Assembly: GCA_005880075.1 (NCBI GenBank)
Contig: VBJT01000001.1
Coordinates: forward strand, 4,379 to 46,974
Length of the DNA stretch: 42,596 nt
DNA from: Chloroflexota bacterium
GTDB taxonomy: Bacteria; Chloroflexota; Dehalococcoidia; SM23-28-2; RBG-16-64-32
Reading direction: 5' to 3'
The stretch's first letter is position 1. Every line of letters starts with the position of its first letter. The position numbers and the translations under genes are program-made. The notes beneath the pieces are model-generated. The model was not told the DNA's origin. It saw only the letters and a list, made by a program, of their open reading frames with translations, and searched no databases. This document shows, one piece after another, positions 1-7,274 of the stretch.

Positions 1-138
1 GGGGTCCGTGTCTGTGCTGTCATACAGGACGCATGTGTCCTGCGCCGCCGATCGATTCGGCCCAAGCGCAACGACACCAGCCACCAGCGCCAGCAATAAG
101 CCAGCTCCCGCCAGCCAAAGAAGATTCCTTCCGTTCAT
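1..138 (-). CDS. Partial CDS (5' end only) for a secreted protein; it runs off the left edge of the window. An alternative in-frame ATG lies at 186.
   Basis: My own minus-strand translation from the ATG at 138 gives MNGRNLLWLAGAGLLLALVAGVVALGPNRSAAQDTCVLYDSTDTDP, which looks like a signal peptide. A GGAAGGA lies 10 nt upstream. It is absent from the ORF track because there is no stop codon inside the window. Confidence 0.35.
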   Translation of the reverse strand, partial: MNGRNLLWLAGAGLLLALVAGVVALGPNRSAAQDTCVLYDSTDTDP

Positions 139-251
139 TGGGCGACCGTCCTTCCGACGGAACCCACTTCGCAGTTCGGAAGACATCGCCCACGCGGGCC
201 GGCCCCTTCAGCCTGCTTCGAACGCTCCGCCCCAGTTAGTTGTGGTGCTAT

Positions 252-280
252 CTTTTAGTGCGCTCGGATTGGGATGTCAA
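252..280 (-). promoter_or_regulatory. Sigma-70-like promoter for the leftmost partial gene
   Basis: Minus strand reads TTGACA (275-280), a 17-nt spacer, then TAAAAG (252-257). It sits in a locally AT-rich stretch. Confidence 0.35.
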
Positions 281-433
281 TCCATTATTGTAAATATCTG
301 AATATTCTTACACATTCCCCGCCGGTAAGGAAAGAAATAGTTATGTCTGCTTGGCTGTCGTCCGCTATCAATTCTAGAATTAGCCCGTAACGGCAGATCC
401 AAAAAACGAAAAACGGACTGCCTCTCGCAACCC

Positions 434-461
434 AAGTTCCGAGCCCTCAGTTCCCAGTTCC
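434..461 (-). repeat. Heptanucleotide-phased repeat, GGAACTN on the minus strand
   Basis: Plus strand reads aagttcc gagccct cagttcc cagttcc. Three of four consecutive heptads carry AGTTCC in the same phase. Confidence 0.4.
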
Positions 462-882
462 AAGGTGCCCAGTGGCCATCTCCCCCTTTGAGATCGCCCT
501 CCGCTTTGTTTACCTCCAACCATGAGCAACGGTCTCGCGGACCAACGGCAGCAGAGGACAACCTCGTGAACTACTTCCGCCTCGACGGCATGCACCTCGA
601 GCCTTTGACACGCAGAGAACTCGATCCGCGTCGCCTCCTCAGCTTCGCGCCGCCTGCGCTGTGCGCTCCACACGTTCGGCCGGCATAACCGGAATGGCGG
701 CGCTTCAACAGCCCGGCCTGGCTGGACTGGAAGGGCCAACGCAACCAAAGACGCCTCTACGCTGCGCCTCGCAGCGGGGAGCACGAGGGAGCGTCGCATT
801 AATACGGCGGGTGAGAGGCATCTTGCTGAGGCGTTTACCCCCAGTATCTTTCCCCTCTCCACGCGCTGCTTTTTGAGGCAGT

Positions 883-2427
883 TTAGAGGATCGGCAGGTC
901 GGATTGTGACAGCGCGCGGACCGTGAGAACCAGTCCCACCGCTATCAACGCGAAGGCACCGCCGATTGGAGCTGCCCGGAAGAGGACCGTGCCGGAGCCG
1001 ATTGTGCCCGCTAAGCGGCCCAGGTAGGGGTTGCCCGCCGTGCTGTCCTTGCGAGCGCTCATCCAGTCGAACAAGCGCCTCGCGTAGATCAGGCCGAGAC
1101 ACACAAGCGTCAGGACGGCCGCGAGACCCAAACTAAAAGCGACAATCAGTAGGAGGCCGAGGCCGATCCGGTTGAGCGAGACCGCGGCCAGCAGGACAAC
1201 CAGCGCCGAGGGGCTGGGCGTGAGGCCGTCTGCAAGCCCGAGCGCCACCAGACTCTTCCAGGGCGGCGCGCCGTCGCCTGAACGCCCGTGGGTGTGGCCA
1301 TGGGCAAGCGAATGGTTGTGCTCGTGGCCGCCGTGGCCGCGAATCACGGCCAGGATGCGCCGGAGAGAGCGCCGGCCGCCTGCGCGCGCTGCAATCAGAC
1401 GCAGGCCGAGGGCGAGGATCATGAGCGCGGAAGCGAGGCTCAGCCCGGGGTAAAGCTTCTCTGGCAGAATGAAACGCGATCCGAACAGGGTGACCAGCCC
1501 TATCGCCAGAACCCCGATGGTATGCGTTACGGCGATGGTCAGACCAAGCGACAGCGCTTGCCGGGTCGTGCCCTTCACTCCCACGAAGTAAGCCGCTAGG
1601 AACGTCTTGCCGTGGCCCGGCTCCAGCGCGTGGATGGCGCCGAACCCGAGCGCCAGGAGAAGCGATAGCAGTAGGACAGGCAGTGTCAGGTTGTCGGTGT
1701 CGATCAGCGACGCGAACCCGGCGCCCGCCCGCGAGGGCGCCTTCTGCGGCGCGGACAGCGCCGCCGTCACCGCTGGAGCAGCCGCGCCGCCGCTGGCATC
1801 GAACGATAGATGCGCCTCCCGAACATCGAGCGGGCTCGAGAGCAGATCGGCCGGATAGGCGGTAAGCTCGTGACTGATGTCCTCCATCGACGCCGTGGAC
1901 GTCAGTAGAGAGGTCCCGTCCGCAGGCTGGACGACGATCTCTTTCCAGCCGATGCGGTCGGAGTAGTTGTCGTCGCGGTACTGTATGGCGCCAAGCGAAC
2001 TTGCGCCGGCCGTCTCAAGGAGCAAATTTAGCCGCAAAGTGCGCAGTCCGGCCTGTCCCTCGGGGAAGGAGATATCCCGCGTGAGCACCCGCAAATCTAG
2101 TGGCGAGCCATCCTCGGTCAGGTGAAGGTTATTCAGAATCTCCGGCGACTTTCTCTCAAGGTAAGCCTCATTCTCGCTCGCGCTGGGCTGTCCATCACCG
2201 TCGAGATCGATGTCGTCCATCTCCTGGAATGCCGGTATCTCCGCCATGTCGAGGACGTAGCGAACGCGAATGGCGTCCGAATATAGCTCCAGGCGGCTGT
2301 AGCGGTTGACTGTAAAGTTGCCGAGCGGATGCGCTTCCGCGCTCGGCGGCGGCGCAAGCGCGAATGCTGTCAGCGCCAGGACGGAGACGGCGATCGCGAC
2401 GGCCGTGGCAGTTACTCGAAACGTCAT
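883..2427 (-). CDS. RcnA/NicO-family nickel/cobalt transporter-like membrane protein with an N-terminal extracytoplasmic domain of about 250 aa
   Basis: Signal peptide, then HPLGNFTVNRY. The HALEPGHGKT motif is characteristic of RcnA/NicO. A His-rich loop reads HGGHEHNHSLAHGHTHG. There are several transmembrane helices. The start overlaps the upstream stop as ATGA, which indicates translational coupling. Confidence 0.75.
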   Translation of the reverse strand: MTFRVTATAVAIAVSVLALTAFALAPPPSAEAHPLGNFTVNRYSRLELYSDAIRVRYVLDMAEIPAFQEMDDIDLDGDGQPSASENEAYLERKSPEILNNLHLTEDGSPLDLRVLTRDISFPEGQAGLRTLRLNLLLETAGASSLGAIQYRDDNYSDRIGWKEIVVQPADGTSLLTSTASMEDISHELTAYPADLLSSPLDVREAHLSFDASGGAAAPAVTAALSAPQKAPSRAGAGFASLIDTDNLTLPVLLLSLLLALGFGAIHALEPGHGKTFLAAYFVGVKGTTRQALSLGLTIAVTHTIGVLAIGLVTLFGSRFILPEKLYPGLSLASALMILALGLRLIAARAGGRRSLRRILAVIRGHGGHEHNHSLAHGHTHGRSGDGAPPWKSLVALGLADGLTPSPSALVVLLAAVSLNRIGLGLLLIVAFSLGLAAVLTLVCLGLIYARRLFDWMSARKDSTAGNPYLGRLAGTIGSGTVLFRAAPIGGAFALIAVGLVLTVRALSQSDLPIL

Positions 2428-3764
2428 CTTAGTTTGTCCAAGTCGTCGAGGGTCGCGGCCGCTTCATCGGCGTAAAGAACAGAGAATCGTGGGTTGATTT
2501 GAAGTGCGGCACCCAGGTACTCCCGTGCCTTGTCGTGGTTGCCTAGCCGAAACTCGATCATGCCTGCGTGGAAGAGCAGGAGCGAATCGCGTGTACCGAG
2601 ACGGAGAGCTTCTTGTGAGTAACCAAGGCCTTCATCGTAGCGGCCATCCTTGTAGAGTGCCCAGGCGAGCACATCCGCGACCGGAACGCTTCCCGAGCGC
2701 TGTTCATATACTGCGCGGGCTTGCGAGACGGCATCATCGAGGCGAAGGTCGTGGTCGGCGAAGAATAGAGCCATCTGCAGATCGGTGTTTATGCCGTTTG
2801 CCTTGTACAGGCGGTCGATCGCTTCTACGAGAGCGTATTGCCTGTCGGCGTCGTCAGGCCGGCCCGCCGCCCGGTAAACATCGCCAAGCGCGGAGACGTA
2901 TTCGGGAGTAGGCTGCCGCGCGACGACCTGCTCATAGAGCGAGGTCGCTTCTCCGTAATCCCCCCTCGCCGCGTGGACCTTTGCCAGCCCCGCTAGCGCG
3001 TGCGCGTAGCCCGGGAAGGCGCGAAGGGACGCCTCATATTGCGCTTCAGCTTTTTCCAGATCACCTCGCGTGAAGTAGAAATTGCCGAACTGCACCCGCG
3101 CCCACGCGGTGTTGTCCGGCTGGCGGCCGCCGTCAGTGCTAAGCGCGTTCTGCCACGCCAATTCCGCTGCATCGGTCTCGCCCCGCTGCTCCAGAATGTA
3201 GGCCAGCCGGCTAAAGGTGGAGAGCCCCGGCGCCTTCGCGACAAGCCCCTCGTAGGTCTGGGAGGCCTCGTCGTATCGCCCGAGCGCCATCTTAGCGTCG
3301 CCGAGAACACCCTGGGCATAAGGGTCTACCGGGTCGACAACGATTGCCCGCTGCGCTGTCTCGAGCGCCCCTTGGAAATCGTGCTTTGTTGCCTGCAGAG
3401 ACGCCAGCATCGCCAATGCGTTGTAGTTGTCGCCCGGCAGTTCCCGAAGTGATGCGCGGGCGGCGGCCTCCGCCCGGCTGTAGTCAGACACGTCGTTTGT
3501 CGCACGCGCTCGTCGAGCGTAGGCCTCGGCCAGCTTATCGTAGCCAATGAAATCGCCAGGATTGTCGTGCACCCGCTGTTCCCAGAAGCTGATCACTCCA
3601 TTCGTAGCGGCCAGCGCATCTTTGGGTGCTGGCGCGACCGCGCCGTTCTCCCGTCCGATCAGTTGCCGGTAGCTTAGGAGCAAGAGCGCGAGAGCCAAGA
3701 GCAAACTGCCGGCGAGCAGCAGCACACTGCCGCTTCTCGGTGGCTCGATGCTCCCGGCTCTCAT
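2424..3764 (-). CDS. Membrane-anchored tetratricopeptide (TPR) repeat protein
   Basis: N-terminal hydrophobic helix VLLLAGSLLLALALLLL, followed by repeated A/Y/G-patterned TPR units along the whole length. Confidence 0.8.
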   Translation of the reverse strand: MRAGSIEPPRSGSVLLLAGSLLLALALLLLSYRQLIGRENGAVAPAPKDALAATNGVISFWEQRVHDNPGDFIGYDKLAEAYARRARATNDVSDYSRAEAAARASLRELPGDNYNALAMLASLQATKHDFQGALETAQRAIVVDPVDPYAQGVLGDAKMALGRYDEASQTYEGLVAKAPGLSTFSRLAYILEQRGETDAAELAWQNALSTDGGRQPDNTAWARVQFGNFYFTRGDLEKAEAQYEASLRAFPGYAHALAGLAKVHAARGDYGEATSLYEQVVARQPTPEYVSALGDVYRAAGRPDDADRQYALVEAIDRLYKANGINTDLQMALFFADHDLRLDDAVSQARAVYEQRSGSVPVADVLAWALYKDGRYDEGLGYSQEALRLGTRDSLLLFHAGMIEFRLGNHDKAREYLGAALQINPRFSVLYADEAAATLDDLDKLR

Positions 3765-3795
3765 TCTCGATTCCCTGCTCTTTGTTCCCGGCGCC

Positions 3796-5124
3796 CTAGC
3801 GTGTAAGGCGTCGCCTGATCACCATGACAGCGCCGGCCACAGTCAGTAAGGCACCGGCAATCAGCGTCCCTCCAATGGGCCAGCCGAGGTCAGCCCCGTC
3901 GCCGGGCTCGCCGCCCGTTTCCGGAACTGCGGCCGGTTGCGGAGCGGTCGTGGGCGCCGCCGTCGCTCCCGTGGTGGGGGTGGCGGTCGCCTGCACCGCC
4001 GCTGGCTGGTGGGGCGGCGCGAAGTAGGGGAAGGTGCTGAGGAACGCCACGTCGTTGCCGCTAATCGCGTCCGTAATACCGGCGGTGCGGTTCAAGACGA
4101 GCTTGAGGGCAGTATCGATCACGTCGTCCGTTAACTGGCGACCGTTGGTGAACTGGACCGGCTGCGAGAAGTCGATGCGAACGATATCCGGCTGAACGAT
4201 ATCGGCGACTTCGGCCGGGGTCTTTTGCCCGAACGGCCCGCCGTCTTCAGGACCGACTGGTCCATCCAGAACGGCGTTGACAGCCGTCCTCAGGTTCTGG
4301 TCCTCGGTCTGAACCGTGCTCTGAAAAGTCGCGGCGTCTGTCGCTGGCGCGCCGGCATTGAAGGCGTCCTTTTGTGCAGTCGGAATCAGCGCAGTATTTA
4401 GGGCGGGGATGGCCATGCGGTCCACTTGCGCTCCCTGTGACGTCGAGGCCCAGGCTTGAATAACGCCGGTGTTCGGGTCGGCTATGGCGCTGATCGGGAA
4501 TTCAATCACGATATACGAGACGTTGGTGCCCTTGAAGGTGTCCGAGGGCTGGTCGGGAGACTTGCAGAGTCCCGAAGTCGGGACATAGGGTGCAGCCTTG
4601 AACTTCTTGAAGCACGTCAGGTCGAAGAAGAAGGCGTCGTCGCGCTGACCGGCGAAGCTCTTTATACCGCCCTGGTCTTTGATCTTTGGGGCCGGCGCCG
4701 TCGGGTCCACTGATGGTGGCGTCACGTCGCCGGTGATCGCACCGCCGGGCAACCCCGTGATCGTATACGTTTGCGTCGCTCCACTGCCGGCGAAATTGAT
4801 GTTAACGGTAGCATCATCAACGAGATCGCTGTTTAGATCGACATGGATCATGTAAGTCACGGCGTTGCTGAAATTGGCGCTCAGGTTGTCCGCTGGCGCC
4901 GTGAGGCCATTCACGCCAAGACCCAAGACTAGGTTGGCTGAGTTCGCAGGGCTACGGAATGCGTAGACATCTGTAATGTCCGCTGGCTTATTTGCCTCAG
5001 CGCCGGGCGCGTCCCGGTGATCGGCGCCGCTCGACGGGCGGCCTGGACCACCGGTAGCGAGGAGAACGACCGCCGCCACGAGAACACACAGGCTGGCAAA
5101 GCCGCTTAGTACAAACTTCCGCAT
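3796..5124 (-). CDS. DUF4331 family surface protein with a C-terminal LPXTG-like sorting signal
   Basis: N-terminal signal peptide. DHRDAPGAEANKPADITDVYAF matches the DUF4331 N-terminal signature. The C-terminus has VPETGG, a hydrophobic helix and an RRRLTR tail. A GGAGG SD lies 11 nt upstream of the ATG. Confidence 0.75.
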   Translation of the reverse strand: MRKFVLSGFASLCVLVAAVVLLATGGPGRPSSGADHRDAPGAEANKPADITDVYAFRSPANSANLVLGLGVNGLTAPADNLSANFSNAVTYMIHVDLNSDLVDDATVNINFAGSGATQTYTITGLPGGAITGDVTPPSVDPTAPAPKIKDQGGIKSFAGQRDDAFFFDLTCFKKFKAAPYVPTSGLCKSPDQPSDTFKGTNVSYIVIEFPISAIADPNTGVIQAWASTSQGAQVDRMAIPALNTALIPTAQKDAFNAGAPATDAATFQSTVQTEDQNLRTAVNAVLDGPVGPEDGGPFGQKTPAEVADIVQPDIVRIDFSQPVQFTNGRQLTDDVIDTALKLVLNRTAGITDAISGNDVAFLSTFPYFAPPHQPAAVQATATPTTGATAAPTTAPQPAAVPETGGEPGDGADLGWPIGGTLIAGALLTVAGAVMVIRRRLTR

Positions 5125-5600
5125 GATATGTCTAACCTCCTTTTGCGGGTCATGGAATACTGGGTGCCTGACAGTTATTTCGCAGCGCCGCCGGCGGCAG
5201 ATCAGCGAAATCGGGGCGGAAGGCCAAAAAAAATTCGTTGTCGAGCTTACGAAATGTCGAGCGCTAAAGACAAGGAGGCTACTGTTCTGATCGAGGCGTC
5301 AGCATAGGCTGACACCAGCTAACTCGAAGTCTCCGGCCAGGAGTGCCACTTCCCCCTTAGACGTCGACCTGCTTTCCGCTATCCTCAATCTCGGAGGGGC
5401 GACCCGTTCTCGCGCACATTAACAACGGCTCCATCCGCCTACCACCGGACTTTCCGCGTAGTATCACCCTGACAGGCGAAAAGCGATCATGTTGAAGTCA
5501 ATCGAGAATGGCGACGCCAACCATGCGCCGGAAGCCCAGTTAAAGCGAAAATCTTCGGAAAGCAATCAAGGCAGAGCCGCCAATTTCACGGCACAGTCAA

Positions 5601-5627
5601 GCGAAAAGGGCGGCCTTTCGGCCGCCC
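5601..5627 (-). terminator. Intrinsic terminator downstream of the aldehyde dehydrogenase gene
   Basis: Minus strand reads GGGCGGCC-GAAA-GGCCGCCC (perfect 8-bp GC stem, 4-nt loop), followed by TTTTCGCTT. Confidence 0.7.
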
Positions 5628-5633
5628 CAATCA

Positions 5634-5668
5634 TCTGTTCCTCGTTCGCTGTTCCTTGTTCCTAGTTG
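5634..5668 (-). repeat. Five tandem heptads (GAACNNN on the minus strand) starting at the ALDH stop codon
   Basis: Minus strand reads caacTAG gaacaag gaacagc gaacgag gaacaga. This lies between the stop codon and the terminator hairpin. Confidence 0.5.
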
Positions 5669-7167
5669 AGCTTCAACGACACGCTCTTCGTCTCCATGAA
5701 CATCTCCATCCCCTCCTGCCCCAGCTCGCGCCCGATGCCGCTCTGCTTGTAGCCGCCGAACGGCATCAGCGGCACGCCGAGCGTCCCCGCCGCGTGGTAG
5801 CTGTTGATCCAGACAGTGCCCGCCTTGATCCCCTTCGCGAACTTGAACGCCCTGTCGATGTCCTTCGTCCACACCGCCGCCGCCAGCCCGTACATCGTAT
5901 CGTTCGCCAGCCGCAGCCCCTCATCCGCATCCTTGAACGGGATCACCGAGAGCACCGGCCCGAAGATCTCCTCCTGCGCGATCTTCATCCGGTTGTCCAC
6001 CTGGTCGAAGATCGTCGGTTCGTAGAAATAGCCCTTATCGTAGCCTTCGCCCGTCAGGCGCTTGCCGCCGCGCACGAGCGTCGCCTTCTCATCGTTCCCC
6101 GATTTCACGTACGACTCCACGGTCCCCAGCTGTGAATCCGAGACGACGGGGCCCATTCGCGTAGACGGGTCCATCGGGTCGCCCACCTTCACGCCGTTCA
6201 CGAAGTTGCTGAACATGTTCAGGAACTGATCGTGCACGCTCTCCTCCACCAGCAACCGCGAGCCCGCCTGGCACACCTGCCCGGCGTTCATGTAGATGCC
6301 GAACAGCGCGCCGATCACCGCTCCCTGCAGGTTGGCGTCCGCGAACACAATGTTCGGCGACTTCCCGCCCAGCTCCAGCGAGATCTTCTTCACGTTGCTC
6401 GCTGCCGCCCGCATCACCTGCTGCCCGACCTCGGTCGAGCCCGTAAACGCCACTTTGTCCACCAGCGGAGAAGCGGCTATCCGGTCGCCCACGGTCTTGC
6501 CGGACCCCGTCACGACGTTCACGACCCCCGCCGGCGCGCCCGCCTCAGTCAAGATGCGGCCCAGCTCGTACGTCGTGCACGGCGTGTACGTTGCCGGCTT
6601 GATCACGCAGGTGCAACCAACCGCCAACGCCGGAGCAAGCTTCCACGTCGCTAGCAGCATCGGAAAGTTCCACGGCGTGATGATCCCGACAACGCCCACC
6701 GGCTCCTTGAGAATCATACCGATCGCATCGCTGACGTAGTTCGATACCACTTGACCCTTGATGTCGAGCGCCAACCCGGCGTAGTACTCGAACACATCAG
6801 CCGTAAGCGACACCTCGATTCCTGCCTCGCTCAGCGGCTTACCGACTTCCGAGGCTAGCAGCCTTGCGAGGTCGTTCTGCTCGGCGCGGATCTTGTCGGC
6901 CGCTCGCCTCAGGACTGCCGAGCGGTTCCGCGCCGGCGCGTTCGACCAGCCACCGCTGTCAAACGCCTTCCGCGCCGCTTCGATCGCGGCGTCGACGTCC
7001 TCTTCGCTCGCCTTCGGGAACTTCGCGACCGTTACGTCGTTGTTCGCCGGATAGCGCCGCTCCATCATCTCGCCGGATTTAGGAGCAACTTGCTGGCCGT
7101 TGATCAGCAGCTGGTACTCCTTGCCGGTGACAGCCTGCGGGGCGGCAGGCGCAGTCTCGGTGGTCAT
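5662..7167 (-). CDS. NAD(P)-dependent aldehyde dehydrogenase
   Basis: Motifs FTGSTEVG, ELGGKSP, catalytic Cys context NAGQVCQAGSR, and EEIFGPV. The start is set at the ATG at 7167, preceded by AAGGAGGAG with a 6-nt spacer. The track ORF begins 6 codons earlier at a GTG. Confidence 0.9.
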   Translation of the reverse strand: MTTETAPAAPQAVTGKEYQLLINGQQVAPKSGEMMERRYPANNDVTVAKFPKASEEDVDAAIEAARKAFDSGGWSNAPARNRSAVLRRAADKIRAEQNDLARLLASEVGKPLSEAGIEVSLTADVFEYYAGLALDIKGQVVSNYVSDAIGMILKEPVGVVGIITPWNFPMLLATWKLAPALAVGCTCVIKPATYTPCTTYELGRILTEAGAPAGVVNVVTGSGKTVGDRIAASPLVDKVAFTGSTEVGQQVMRAAASNVKKISLELGGKSPNIVFADANLQGAVIGALFGIYMNAGQVCQAGSRLLVEESVHDQFLNMFSNFVNGVKVGDPMDPSTRMGPVVSDSQLGTVESYVKSGNDEKATLVRGGKRLTGEGYDKGYFYEPTIFDQVDNRMKIAQEEIFGPVLSVIPFKDADEGLRLANDTMYGLAAAVWTKDIDRAFKFAKGIKAGTVWINSYHAAGTLGVPLMPFGGYKQSGIGRELGQEGMEMFMETKSVSLKLN

Positions 7168-7274
7168 GGGGCGCTCCTCCTTCACATCGTCTGCGTGCTT
7201 ACGACTATATTACCCTCGAATGGAGGAAAGAGGCGGCCTGTCGGCCGCCTCCGCTCACGTCTTATGATTACCTT

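Noticed and set aside
380-1102. 240-aa minus-strand ORF spanning the left intergenic region into the RcnA-like gene
   Set aside because: It overlaps the 3' end of a well-supported gene in another frame. It is Arg/Gly-rich and has no start-site support.
5436-5460. GCGGAAAGTCCGG resembling the RNase P RNA P4 motif (GAGGAAAGUCCGGGC)
   Set aside because: The second P4 strand (ACAGAACCCGGCUUA-like) and the other universally conserved RNase P blocks are absent from the surrounding 400 nt.
5488-5664. Plus-strand 58-codon ORF (MLKSIENGDANHAPEAQLKRK...) convergent with the ALDH gene
   Set aside because: It has no SD and runs through the ALDH terminator hairpin and the heptad array. Its composition is low-complexity.
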